A DNA stretch of 64,000 bases, taken from contig JAWKKA010000003.1 in assembly GCA_041393495.1 (NCBI GenBank), positions 99,448 to 163,447 on the forward strand, in the 5' to 3' direction. Below the pieces are notes generated by a model. It was not told the DNA's origin and ran no database searches. It saw nothing but the letters and a program-made list of their open reading frames with translations. A program made the translations under genes and the position numbers. This document shows, piece by piece, positions 18,089 through 27,352 of this stretch (position 1 is its first letter; each line of letters starts with the position of its first letter). Origin of the DNA: Solirubrobacterales bacterium (lineage in GTDB: Bacteria > Actinomycetota > Thermoleophilia > Solirubrobacterales > 70-9).

Positions 18089-19087
18089 ATGAGCGCCGAC
18101 CGCCGCAACGAGGTCGCCCGCAGCGAGCGCGTGCTCCCCGGGATCTGGCGGCTGCGGCTGCCGTGCCCATGGCCCGGCGTCCCGCACGTCAATGCCTGGG
18201 CGGTCTCACGCGGGGACGGCATCGTCCTGTTCGACACCGGGATCGGCGGCGAGGAGGGGGTCCACCAGCTCGAGCTCGCGCTCGGGCAGGCGCAGCTGCG
18301 GCTCGGCGACGTCCGGCTCGTCGTCTGCACCCACGCCCACAGCGACCACTACGGCGCCGCCGGCGCGATCGTCGACGCGGCCGGATGCGAGCTCTGGATG
18401 CACCCGGCCTGGGACCACATCAAGGCGCTGGCCGATGATCCCGAGCGGGCGCTCGACAACAGGATCGAAGTCGCCCGCCGCAGCGGCGTGCCGGCGGCGA
18501 CGCTGGCGCGCTACCGGGCGCGCCGCGGCGAGAGCACCTACCTCGACCGGGCCGTGCCGCCGGACCGCGAGCTCACGGACGGCGTCGATGTCGCCACCGA
18601 CCTCGGCTTCTTCCGAGCCCACGAGACCCCCGGCCACGCCCCCTCGCACGTCGTCCTCCACGAGCCCGAGAGCGGCCTGCTCGTCTCCGGCGACCACCTG
18701 CTCGGGCGGATCTCCCTGTTCTACGACCACGGCCACACGCCCGATCCCGTCGCCGAGTTCATCGCCTCGCTCGACGTCGTCGACGAGCTCGACGTCCGCC
18801 TCTGCCTGCCCGGGCACGGGCGGACCTTTCGCGACGTCGGCGCCAAGATCGCCGCCTACCGCAAGGAGGTCGAGGCGCAGCTCGGCGCGGTTCGGGCGGC
18901 CCTGGCCGGCGGCGAGGTGACGCCGTTCGGGATCGTCGAGCAGATGCTCGGCCCCGAGAAGGCCTCCGGGCCGGCGGGGGCCTGGGGCCTGCAGCTCTCC
19001 CTCTCCTACCTCGACCACCTCGGCGCCCGCGGCGAGGCCGAGCGGGTCGCGGGGAGCGACCCGGTGCTTTGGCGGGCGACCGACTGA
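18089..19087 (+). CDS. MBL-fold metallo-hydrolase
   Basis: THAHSDHYG motif, with a later ETPGHAPSH. ATG 18089 chosen. Divergent from the preceding MBL gene. Confidence 0.75.
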   Translation: MSADRRNEVARSERVLPGIWRLRLPCPWPGVPHVNAWAVSRGDGIVLFDTGIGGEEGVHQLELALGQAQLRLGDVRLVVCTHAHSDHYGAAGAIVDAAGCELWMHPAWDHIKALADDPERALDNRIEVARRSGVPAATLARYRARRGESTYLDRAVPPDRELTDGVDVATDLGFFRAHETPGHAPSHVVLHEPESGLLVSGDHLLGRISLFYDHGHTPDPVAEFIASLDVVDELDVRLCLPGHGRTFRDVGAKIAAYRKEVEAQLGAVRAALAGGEVTPFGIVEQMLGPEKASGPAGAWGLQLSLSYLDHLGARGEAERVAGSDPVLWRATD

Positions 19088-19249
19088 CCGCGGCGATTGC
19101 GCGACGGCCGACGATGCAGGTCAATATTGTCCGCTGCCGTAACCAGCGTCGGCCGTCGATCGGATAGCGTCGAGCCCGTCGCGTCGATCCATCACAGCAG
19201 CTTGGGGAAGCCAGCCACCGAAACCAGCAGCGGCGCGACCGGCGCGGTT

Positions 19250-20278
19250 GTGGACGTACGCCTGTCGGGCGTCCGCAAGGCCTACGGAAGCGTCGTCGCC
19301 GTCGACCGCGTCGACCTCGAGATCCGCCGCGGCGAGTTCTTCACGATGCTCGGCCCCTCGGGCTCCGGAAAGACGACGATGCTGCGCATGGTCGCCGGCT
19401 TCGAGCTGCCCGACGAGGGCCGGGTCGAGCTCGCCGGCGCCGACGTCACCGCGCTGGCGGCCTACGACCGCGACGTCAACACGGTCTTTCAGGACTACGC
19501 GCTGTTTCCGCACATGAGCGTCGGCGAGAACGTCGAGTACGGCCTCCGGGTCGCCAGGGTCGGCCGGGAGGAGCGGCGGAAGCGGCGCGGCGCCGCGCTC
19601 GAGATGGTCCGGCTTCCCGGCTACGACGACCGCAAGCCGACCGAGCTCTCCGGAGGCCAGCGCCAGCGCGTCGCGCTCGCCCGGGCGATCGTCAACCGCC
19701 CGCGCGTCCTGCTCCTCGACGAGCCGCTCGGCGCTCTCGACCTGAAGCTGCGCGAGCAGCTGCAGATCGAGCTCAAGCAGATCCAGCGCGAGGTCGGGAT
19801 CACGTTCGTGTACGTGACCCACGACCAGGAGGAGGCGCTGACGATGTCGGATCGGATCGCCGTCTTCAACGAGGGCCGGATCGAGCAGATCGGTGACCCC
19901 GAGAGCGTCTACGAGCGCCCCGCGAACGCCTTCGTCGCCGGGTTCGTGGGCGTCTCGAACGTGATCCACCGCGACGGCGGCAGCTTCACCGTCCGCCCCG
20001 AGAAGGTCCGGCTGATCGGCCCCGATGATGCCGTCGAGGGGCTCGTCGTCGAGGAGGGCACGATCGCCGACGTCTCCTACGCCGGCATGGTCACGCGCTT
20101 CCACGTCGAGCTGGATGGCGGCGATCGCCTCCAGGTGGCGCGCCAGAACCTCGAGCAGACTTCACACGAGGACGAGGGCATGAGGGGCCGACGGGTGAAG
20201 GTTGGTTGGCGCCGCGAGCACACGGTCGCGGTCGCCGAGCAGCAGGAACAGGGCAAATCAACAGAGGAGGACAGATGA
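19250..20278 (+). CDS. ABC importer ATP-binding protein (spermidine/putrescine PotA-like)
   Basis: Walker A GPSGSGKTT, LSGGQRQRVALARA, LLLDEP and a C-terminal TOBE-like domain. The start is uncertain (GTG 19250 or TTG 19202). Confidence 0.8.
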   Translation: MDVRLSGVRKAYGSVVAVDRVDLEIRRGEFFTMLGPSGSGKTTMLRMVAGFELPDEGRVELAGADVTALAAYDRDVNTVFQDYALFPHMSVGENVEYGLRVARVGREERRKRRGAALEMVRLPGYDDRKPTELSGGQRQRVALARAIVNRPRVLLLDEPLGALDLKLREQLQIELKQIQREVGITFVYVTHDQEEALTMSDRIAVFNEGRIEQIGDPESVYERPANAFVAGFVGVSNVIHRDGGSFTVRPEKVRLIGPDDAVEGLVVEEGTIADVSYAGMVTRFHVELDGGDRLQVARQNLEQTSHEDEGMRGRRVKVGWRREHTVAVAEQQEQGKSTEEDR

Positions 20279-21501
20279 GTAGCGATGCGCGCTCTGCACG
20301 GTGGGCCTGGCTCGCCGTGGCAGGCCTGAGCGTCTTCATCGCCGCGTTCGCGATCGGATGCGGGGGTGACGACTCGACCGACGCGACGAGCGCCGGCGGC
20401 GAGATGCTGAGCGAGGTCGGCAAGGGAGAGGGTGAGCTGAACCTGATCTGCTGGCCGAGCTACTGCGAGGACGGCTCGACCGATCCCGACGTCGACTGGA
20501 TCACCGACTTCGAGAAGAAGACCGGCTGTGAGGTCAACGTCAAGATCGGCAACACCTCCGACGAGATGGTGCAGCTGATGCGGACCGGCCAGTACGACGG
20601 CGTCTCGGCTTCCGGCGACGCGACCCTGCGGCTGATCGACGGCGGCGACGTCGACCCGGTCAACACCGACCTGGTCCCCAACTACGCGGACATATTCCCC
20701 GGCCTGAAGGATCAGCCGTTCAACAGCGTCGATGGGCAGATGTACGGGATCCCGCACGGCCGCGGCGGCAACCTGCTGATGTGGAACACCGACGAGGTGA
20801 AGCCGGCGCCGGATTCGTGGAGCGCCGTCTTCGACCCGAACGAGGCGGCGAAGCAGAAGGGGCATGTCACCGCGTACGACAGCCCGATCTACATCGCCGA
20901 CGCCGCTCTGTACCTGATGAAGCACCAGCCCGACCTCGGGATCACGAACCCGTACGAGCTGGACGAGGAGCAGTTCAACGCCGCCATCGACCTGCTCAAG
21001 CAGCAGCGACAGTTCATCGGCGAGTACTGGTCCGACTACGCCAAGCAGATCCAGTCGTTCGCCAACGGCGACACGACGGTCGGCACGACCTGGCCGTACC
21101 AGTACCTGGCGCTCAAGGCCGAGGGCGATCCGGTCGCCTCGACGATCCCCGAGGAGGGCTCGACGGGCTGGTCGGACACGTGGATGATCAGCTCGGACGC
21201 GCAGCATCCGAACTGCATGTACATGTGGTTCAACCACATCACCGAGCCGCAGGTCCAGGCCGACGTGGCCGAGTGGTTCGGCGAGGCGCCGGCGAACAGC
21301 AAGGCGTGCGAGCCGCAGTACCTGAAGAAGGGGCCGTTCCCCGACGTCAAGCACTGCGAGAAGTACGACGCATCCGGCGAGAAGTACCTCGACGACCTCT
21401 GGTACTGGACGACTCCGGTCTCCGACTGCGGCGACGACCGCGGTGACGTCTGCAAGACGTACGACGACTGGGTCCAGGGCTGGACCGAGGTCAAGGGCTA
21501 G
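20275..21501 (+). CDS. ABC importer substrate-binding lipoprotein (PotD/PotF-like)
   Basis: ATG 20275 has a GAGGAGG RBS and an ATGA overlap with the ATPase stop. Lipobox AAFAIGC. Confidence 0.8.
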   Translation: MSSDARSARWAWLAVAGLSVFIAAFAIGCGGDDSTDATSAGGEMLSEVGKGEGELNLICWPSYCEDGSTDPDVDWITDFEKKTGCEVNVKIGNTSDEMVQLMRTGQYDGVSASGDATLRLIDGGDVDPVNTDLVPNYADIFPGLKDQPFNSVDGQMYGIPHGRGGNLLMWNTDEVKPAPDSWSAVFDPNEAAKQKGHVTAYDSPIYIADAALYLMKHQPDLGITNPYELDEEQFNAAIDLLKQQRQFIGEYWSDYAKQIQSFANGDTTVGTTWPYQYLALKAEGDPVASTIPEEGSTGWSDTWMISSDAQHPNCMYMWFNHITEPQVQADVAEWFGEAPANSKACEPQYLKKGPFPDVKHCEKYDASGEKYLDDLWYWTTPVSDCGDDRGDVCKTYDDWVQGWTEVKG

Positions 21502-21526
21502 CCGGAAGCAGGGACGCGAAGCGACC

Positions 21527-22423
21527 GTGGAAGCAGCCGGGCTCGGAGCTCCGGCGCCGAGGAGGTCGGCGGGCCACAGGCTCGCCGACCTCTTCCACGG
21601 CCGTTCCCGCCTGCAGGCGGGGGCGCTGTTGGCCGGGCCGGTCGGCTGGCTGGTCGTCGGCTACCTCGGCTCGCTCGCGATCCTGCTGATCGCCAGCTTC
21701 TGGTCGCTCGGCGAGCTCAGCGGCGAGGTCGAGCGGTCGTTCACGCTCGACAACTTCAAGACGATCGTCGAGGACCCGGTCTATCGGACGGTGACGCTTC
21801 GGACCGTCGGCATCGCCGCGGCGGTCACCGTCACCGACGCGCTGCTGGCGCTGCCGCTCGCCTTCTACATGGCGAAGGTCGCGAAGCCGCGCACCCAGAG
21901 CCTCCTCGTGGTCGCCGTCCTGGTGCCGCTCTGGTCCTCCTACCTGGTCAAGGCGTTCGCCTGGCGGACGATCCTCAGCGAGGAGGGGATCCTCAACTGG
22001 GCGCTCGACCCGCTCGGCATCTCGGGCCCCGGCTACGGGACGTTGGCCGTCTGGCTCGTGATGAGCTACATCTGGCTGCCCTACATGGTGATCCCGATCT
22101 ACGCGGGCTTCGACCGCATCCCCGACTCGGTCCTCAGCGCCTCCGAGGACCTCGGGGCGAAGGCCGGCCTCACCTTCCGGCGGGTGATCTGGCCGCTCGT
22201 CTTCCCGGCGATCGTCGCCGGCTCGATCTTCACCTTCTCGCTGACCCTCGGCGACTTCATCGCGCCGACGCTGGTCAGCTCGACCCAGTTCATCGGCACC
22301 GTCGTCAAGTCGACGATCACCACGAACCTGCCGCTGGCAGCGGCCTACTCGACGGTCCCGATCCTGATCATGATCGTCTACCTGCTGATCGCCCGGCGCC
22401 TCGGCGCCTTCGAGCACGTCTGA
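21527..22423 (+). CDS. ABC importer permease (PotB-like)
   Basis: Six TM segments and an EAA-type loop SASEDLGAKAGLTFRRVIWPL. GTG 21527 chosen to avoid overlap with the binding-protein gene. Confidence 0.8.
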   Translation: MEAAGLGAPAPRRSAGHRLADLFHGRSRLQAGALLAGPVGWLVVGYLGSLAILLIASFWSLGELSGEVERSFTLDNFKTIVEDPVYRTVTLRTVGIAAAVTVTDALLALPLAFYMAKVAKPRTQSLLVVAVLVPLWSSYLVKAFAWRTILSEEGILNWALDPLGISGPGYGTLAVWLVMSYIWLPYMVIPIYAGFDRIPDSVLSASEDLGAKAGLTFRRVIWPLVFPAIVAGSIFTFSLTLGDFIAPTLVSSTQFIGTVVKSTITTNLPLAAAYSTVPILIMIVYLLIARRLGAFEHV

Positions 22424-22426
22424 GGC

Positions 22427-23275
22427 ATGCGGCTGACGCGACGCAACGAACGCCTGCTCAAGCTCGCCTCGGCGGCGACGCTGGCGTTCATCTACCTGCC
22501 CCTGGTGGTGATCGTGATCTATGCCTTCAACGCCACCAACACCCAGGTCTGGCCGCCCGACGGGCTGACGACGAAGTGGTTCGGCGAGGCGTTCGACAAC
22601 AGCGGCGCCCGCGATGCCTTCCTGCTCTCGATCGAGGCTGCGGCGCTGGCGACGCTCGTCGCGATCGTCCTCGGCACGCTCGCCTCGCTGGCCGTCGCCC
22701 GCCATCGCTTCTTCGGCCGCGAGACGATCTCGTTCCTCGTGATCCTGCCGATCGCGCTTCCCGGCATCGTCACCGGCGTCGCCCTGAACACGAGCTTCAC
22801 CCAGATCCTCGGGATGGACCTGAGCCTGTTCACGATCGTCGTCGGCCACGGCACCTTCTGCATCGTCGTCGTCTACAACAACGTCGTCGCCCGGCTGCGC
22901 CGCGTCTCCGGCTCCTTCGAGGAGGCCTCGGCCGATCTCGGCGCCACGCCCTGGACGACGTTCCGGCGGGTGACGCTGCCGAGCATGCGCACCGCCCTCG
23001 TCGCCGGCGCCCTGCTCGCCTTCGGGCTCTCCTTCGACGAGATCATCGTCACCACGTTCACGGCCGGGGCCGGCGAGCAGACGCTGCCGATCTGGATCCT
23101 CACCAACTTCTCCCGGCCGAGCCAGCTTCCGATCGTCAACGTCGTCGCCGTGCTCGTGGTCCTGATCTCGATCATCCCGGTCTACCTGGCCAACCGCCTC
23201 AGCCGCGACGTCGGCGGTGCTGCGGCCGGCCGCGGCGCCGGCGCGGTCGCGGCCGAGAGCACCGCTGTTCCCTAG
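22427..23275 (+). CDS. ABC importer permease (PotC-like)
   Basis: EAA loop EASADLGATPWTTFRRVTLP; six TM segments. Confidence 0.85.
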   Translation: MRLTRRNERLLKLASAATLAFIYLPLVVIVIYAFNATNTQVWPPDGLTTKWFGEAFDNSGARDAFLLSIEAAALATLVAIVLGTLASLAVARHRFFGRETISFLVILPIALPGIVTGVALNTSFTQILGMDLSLFTIVVGHGTFCIVVVYNNVVARLRRVSGSFEEASADLGATPWTTFRRVTLPSMRTALVAGALLAFGLSFDEIIVTTFTAGAGEQTLPIWILTNFSRPSQLPIVNVVAVLVVLISIIPVYLANRLSRDVGGAAAGRGAGAVAAESTAVP

Positions 23276-23300
23276 CGACGGGCTGGATCGGCGAACCGAT

Positions 23301-23903
23301 TCACGCGACGAGCCGGTCGATGAACGGACCGAGCACGCGGGTCAGCCGCTCCGCCGTCTGTCCGGGGGTGTCGCTCGGCAGCACCGCGTAGCTGATCGCG
23401 AGCCGGACGAGGTTCTCGGAGAGAAGCTGGGCGTCGGCAGGCTCGATCTCGGGCCAGGTCTGCTCGAGGCGAACGGCGAGGCGCATCGTCATCGTCGTCA
23501 GCAGGATCCCGCCGCGGGTCGTGGCGAGGGCGATCAGCTCGTCGTTGCGGCCGGAGGAGACGGCGCGGATCATCGGGTGGGAGGCGGCGAGCGAGAGGAA
23601 CAGCTCGGCGGCGGTGCGGAGGGCGGCCCGGGGGTCGCCGGCGTTGGCCTCGATCGCCTCGTCGATCGCCGCCAGGAACCGCTCCGACTCGCGCAGGAGG
23701 TACGTCTGGGCGAGGTCGTCGCGGCTCCCGAACGCGTTGTAGAGGGTCTGGCGGCTGACCCCGGCGGCGGTCGCGACCTCGCTCATCGTCACGTCCGCCC
23801 AGGCATCGTCGGCGAGCAGCGCGCCGACGGCGTCGAGGACCGACTCGCGCAGCAGCGCGCGGCTCGCCTCGGCGTGGGAGGGATGCCCCGTCGCCCCCGT
23901 CAT
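23301..23903 (-). CDS. TetR-family regulator (AlkU-like, last gene of the alkB cluster)
   Basis: HTH MSEVATAAGVSRQTLYNAFGSRDDL. ATG 23903 overlaps the rubredoxin stop as ATGA. Confidence 0.75.
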   Translation of the reverse strand: MTGATGHPSHAEASRALLRESVLDAVGALLADDAWADVTMSEVATAAGVSRQTLYNAFGSRDDLAQTYLLRESERFLAAIDEAIEANAGDPRAALRTAAELFLSLAASHPMIRAVSSGRNDELIALATTRGGILLTTMTMRLAVRLEQTWPEIEPADAQLLSENLVRLAISYAVLPSDTPGQTAERLTRVLGPFIDRLVA

Positions 23904-24070
23904 CGGTCGCCGGCCGGCTCGAAGTCGACCTTCTCGCGGACGGCGCAGTCGGGGCAGGTCCAGTCGTCGGGAACGTCGCCCCACGGGGTCCCGGCCGGAA
24001 AGCCCTCGCGCGGCTCCCCCTCCGCCTCGTCGTAGACGTACCCGCAGACCGGGCAGCGGAAGGCGGCCAC
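23900..24070 (-). CDS. Rubredoxin
   Basis: 56 aa with both Cys pairs, CPVCGY...CPDC, and the WxxxPxxWxCP pattern. GTG 24070 lies 2 nt after the alkB stop. Confidence 0.85.
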   Translation of the reverse strand: MAAFRCPVCGYVYDEAEGEPREGFPAGTPWGDVPDDWTCPDCAVREKVDFEPAGDR

Positions 24071-24072
24071 GT

Positions 24073-25245
24073 TCAGCCCGTCCCGCCGCCGTAGCGGGCG
24101 AGCAGGCGCTCGCGCTTGCGCGGCAGCAGGTTGGCGCGGGTCACGTCGCCACCGTAGTGGTCGAGGACGCGCTGGTCCATGATCCGGCGCCAGAGCGGCG
24201 GCACCGAGGCGCAGACGATCATCGTCGCGTAGCCCGACGGCAGCTCCGGAACATCGTCGTGGTGGCGCAGCGCCTGGTAGCGGCGGACCGGGTTGGCGTG
24301 ATGGTCGCTGTGCCGCTGCAGGTGGTAGAGGAAGACGTTCGAGGCGACGTTGTTCGAGTTCCACGAGTGCTCGGGCCGGCAGCGCTCGTAGCGGCCGCTC
24401 TCCTCGCGCCGGCGCAGCAGCCCGTAGTGCTCGAGGTAGTTGACGACCTCGAGCAGCGAGAACCCGATCACCGCCTGGACGACGAGCCACGGCAGGACCG
24501 TCCAGCCGAATCCGGCAACGAGCGCGGCGTAGAGCACGACGGTCATCGCCCAGGCGTTGAGGACGTCGTTATGGACCGTCCAGAACGGCTTGCCGAGGCG
24601 GTCGAGCCGGGTCCGCTCGAGCTCGATCGACGACCGCAGGGACCCGATCACGGTCCGCGGCAGGAACTCCCAGAAGCTCTCGCCGAGCCGCGAGCTCGCG
24701 GGGTCCTCGGGGGTGGCGACGCGGACGTGATGGCCGCGGTTGTGCTCGATGAAGAAATGGCCGTAGCCGGTCTGGGCGAGCGCCACCTTCGACAGCCAGC
24801 GCTCGTAGCTCTTGCGCTTGTGGCCGAGCTCGTGGGCGGTGTTGATCGCGATCCCGCCGACCATCGCGACGCTGACCGCGAGCCCGAGCGACTCGGCGAA
24901 CGAGAGCTCGCCGCTCGACCAGAGCGCGCACGAGAAGACCAGCGACGCGAGCTGCAGGGGCAGGAACACGTACGTGCACCAGCGGTAGTAGCGGTCCTCC
25001 TCGAGCCACTTGATGGCGCTGTCGGGCGGGTTGGCGGCGTCCTTGCCGATCAGCAGGTCGAGGGCGGGGATGATCGCGAAGACGAGCACCGGGCCGAACC
25101 AGTAGAAGGCGCCGAGCCCGGTCGCGGCGGCGAGCCCGGCGGCCATGAACGGGATCAGCGGGACGATCAGGCCGAGCAGCCACAGGTAGCGCTTCGGATC
25201 GGTCCAGGGCGGCGCGATCGGGGTTGCGACGGTCGCGGATTCCAT
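24073..25245 (-). CDS. alkB: Alkane 1-monooxygenase
   Basis: Histidine boxes HELGHK, EHNRGHH and LQRHSDHHA, plus NYLEHYGL. ATG 25245 chosen (AGGAGG 13 nt upstream); the ORF track opens at TTG 25305. Confidence 0.85.
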   Translation of the reverse strand: MESATVATPIAPPWTDPKRYLWLLGLIVPLIPFMAAGLAAATGLGAFYWFGPVLVFAIIPALDLLIGKDAANPPDSAIKWLEEDRYYRWCTYVFLPLQLASLVFSCALWSSGELSFAESLGLAVSVAMVGGIAINTAHELGHKRKSYERWLSKVALAQTGYGHFFIEHNRGHHVRVATPEDPASSRLGESFWEFLPRTVIGSLRSSIELERTRLDRLGKPFWTVHNDVLNAWAMTVVLYAALVAGFGWTVLPWLVVQAVIGFSLLEVVNYLEHYGLLRRREESGRYERCRPEHSWNSNNVASNVFLYHLQRHSDHHANPVRRYQALRHHDDVPELPSGYATMIVCASVPPLWRRIMDQRVLDHYGGDVTRANLLPRKRERLLARYGGGTG

Positions 25246-25321
25246 TGTTCCTGTTCTTCCTCCTGCTTGACAATGATGGTGTTCGTGTCCAGCAGTTTTA
25301 CACAAAGTCAGTGCTTGTCAA
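25246..25321 (-). promoter_or_regulatory. alkB upstream region: -35-like TTGACA, A/T-rich -10 candidate, RBS and a TTGACAA/TTGTCAA inverted repeat
   Basis: This is the most A/T-rich stretch in this part of the window. On the minus strand it reads TTGACAAGCACTGACTTTGTGTAAAACTGC...CATTGTCAAGCAGGAGGAAG. The inverted 7-mers are at 25315-25321 and 25267-25273. Confidence 0.3.
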
Positions 25322-26117
25322 ACGAGGACGGCGCTCGCGGCGGCGGATCCGCGGGCTCGCCGCCGCCGTCGGGACCGCGGCCGTTCAGCATCGGCAGCAC
25401 CCGTCGGGTGACGAGGACGAAGAAGACCAGCGCCACCGCCCCGATCCAGATCGCCGGGTCGTTCGGCGACAGCGACTCGAGCCGGCTGCCGAGATAGACG
25501 AACAGCAGGGTCAGCGGTACGTAGCCGACCAGCGTCGTCCAGGTGAACGTCCAAAGCGGCACCCGCGCCGATCCGGCCACGTAGCTGAACAGGCTGAACG
25601 GGACGATCGGCACCATCCGGCAGGCGAGGAGCAGCGCCACGCCGCCGCGCTCGACGACGCCCTCGTAGCGCTGGAAGCGCCCCGGGCCGAACATCCGCAT
25701 CAGCGCCGGGCGGGCTGCGTGGCGACCGATCTGATGGCAGAGGATCCCGTTCGCGATCCAGCCGACCATCATCAGCGGGAACCCGAGCCAGACGCCGTAG
25801 ACGAACCCGGCCGCGGCGTTGAGGATCTCGGCCGGATAGAAGATGACCGCGTGCGAGACGGCGAGCGCGAGGACGAGGATGACGCCGCCGGCGCCGAGCC
25901 CCTCGAGGTCGCTGCGCAGGGCCGCGGTGTCGCCGCTGAGCGCGTCGCTGACGGCGTCGCGGAGCGGCTCGAGCAGGAGGACGAGCGCGACGATCGACAG
26001 CGCGCAGGCCACGGTGGCGATGATCGGGATCCAGTTCGGGTGCTCCTCGACGAGCTCCTCGACGAGGTCGTCGACGAGGCGGTGCTCCCGCTCCGGCTCC
26101 TCGGCGGTCGGCGTCAC
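25308..26117 (-). CDS. TVP38/TMEM64 (DedA/SNARE-associated) family membrane protein
   Basis: AEILNAAAGFVYGVWLGFPLMMVGWIANGILCHQIGRH...RMVPIVPFSLFSYVAGSARVPLWTF. GTG 26117 chosen. Confidence 0.75.
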   Translation of the reverse strand: MTPTAEEPEREHRLVDDLVEELVEEHPNWIPIIATVACALSIVALVLLLEPLRDAVSDALSGDTAALRSDLEGLGAGGVILVLALAVSHAVIFYPAEILNAAAGFVYGVWLGFPLMMVGWIANGILCHQIGRHAARPALMRMFGPGRFQRYEGVVERGGVALLLACRMVPIVPFSLFSYVAGSARVPLWTFTWTTLVGYVPLTLLFVYLGSRLESLSPNDPAIWIGAVALVFFVLVTRRVLPMLNGRGPDGGGEPADPPPRAPSSFDKH

Positions 26118-26140
26118 CCGACCCAGTCTCGCAGCCCGGC

Positions 26141-27241
26141 TCAGTGCAGCAGCCGCCGCACCGCGGGCGACGGCGGGATCCCGTCCGGCCCGCCGCGGCT
26201 GTGGCCGCCACCGCCGGGGCGTCGTGAATCGGGCGCGCGCCGCAGCCAACGCTTGCTCTTGAGCTCCTTGCGCAGGGCCCGCTCGCTGCGCGGGTAGTGG
26301 TCGAGCTCGAATGGGTTGCCGGGCCCGAAGCCCTGGTAGTAGATCGCCATCTGCGCCCGGCCGTGCTTGCGGATCCAGCGGAACAGGTGCCGCGTGAACC
26401 CGGGTCGATCGACGTCCCAGGGCGCCCACTCGCCGATCACGAAGGGCAGCCGCCGGTAGTCGCGGTAGAGGTCGTTGAGGCCGGCGAAGTTCGGGAACTT
26501 GCCGTAGGTGTCGGCGCCGATCCAGTCGACGTACTTCGCCCCCGGCCAGTAGGCGTGCGGCCCGTTGCCCTTGCGGTCCGGGGACCCCGAGGTCTGCGGG
26601 ACCCACAGGAACGCGACCTTCGGCTCGGGGATGTGCTCGGGCGGCCGCGGGCTCTTGCGGCCGCTCGTCAGCGGCGGCATCCGGTTCGCCTTCAGCTTGT
26701 GGTTGATCTCGCGCCGGGGACCGCCGCGGACGATGATCACGGTCCGCTTCCATGCCTTTCGAAACTGCGCGGTCTTGTGGGAGCGGCCGCGCCGGGAGCC
26801 GTCGGCGGCGAACGCCGAGTACGGGTTCCAGTGGCCGTTCATCTCCGGCAGGAGGCGAACGTAGGTCGGCCGGCCCCACTGCGCGAGCCGGCGGTTCAGC
26901 GTCAGCAGGTAGCGGTCGCTCTTGCCCCGGCGGATCGCGCGCGGGCTGATCACGCCCGCGCATCCGTAGCAGGGCGAGGTCGAGATGCTGAGCATCCCGC
27001 GCGTCTCGGTCCGCTTCCAGCGCCTGATCGCGTCCTGATCCCACGCGTTCCAGGTCACGAACGCCTGCATGACCGGGACGTGGCGGCCGACGTCGTCGGC
27101 GAAGGCGAAGTAGTCCTGCTTGGAGCCGCCGTCGGAGACGCCGGCGAACAGGCCGTCGCCGGGCGGCGGGAAGGTCGCCGCGCGCGCAGGGGCGGCGGCG
27201 ACTAGCAGGACGAGGGCTGCGAGCGCGACGCGGGCGGGCAC
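26141..27241 (-). CDS. Secreted glycoside-hydrolase-like protein (GH26-like fold, tentative)
   Basis: GTG 27241 gives the signal peptide PARVALAALVLLVAAAPARA. LLPEMNGHWNPY and FVIGEWAPW resemble GH26 acid/base and nucleophile blocks. This is only the last 366 codons of a 1448-aa ORF-track entry. Confidence 0.5.
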   Translation of the reverse strand: MPARVALAALVLLVAAAPARAATFPPPGDGLFAGVSDGGSKQDYFAFADDVGRHVPVMQAFVTWNAWDQDAIRRWKRTETRGMLSISTSPCYGCAGVISPRAIRRGKSDRYLLTLNRRLAQWGRPTYVRLLPEMNGHWNPYSAFAADGSRRGRSHKTAQFRKAWKRTVIIVRGGPRREINHKLKANRMPPLTSGRKSPRPPEHIPEPKVAFLWVPQTSGSPDRKGNGPHAYWPGAKYVDWIGADTYGKFPNFAGLNDLYRDYRRLPFVIGEWAPWDVDRPGFTRHLFRWIRKHGRAQMAIYYQGFGPGNPFELDHYPRSERALRKELKSKRWLRRAPDSRRPGGGGHSRGGPDGIPPSPAVRRLLH

Positions 27242-27352
27242 GACGGTGATCGTAGGGCTGACGCCATGGCCGTACTGCGAGATCGGTTGCAGCGGCTCGG
27301 GGTAGAGTCGATCCCGCGGCGGCGCCGGGTCGGCGCCGCGATCGGGGCAACG

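Noticed and set aside
17325-18170. Long Arg/Gly-rich N-terminal extensions given by the ORF track for many genes. Examples: 17325-18170, 8223-8864, 8260-9951, 23301-23984, 23900-24490, 25308-27362, 26141-30487, 40715-41572, 44391-45590, 54393-55328.
   Set aside because: Internal starts with an RBS, a 4-nt start/stop overlap or a signal peptide give proteins of normal family length. The extensions overlap neighbouring genes or intergenic repeats.
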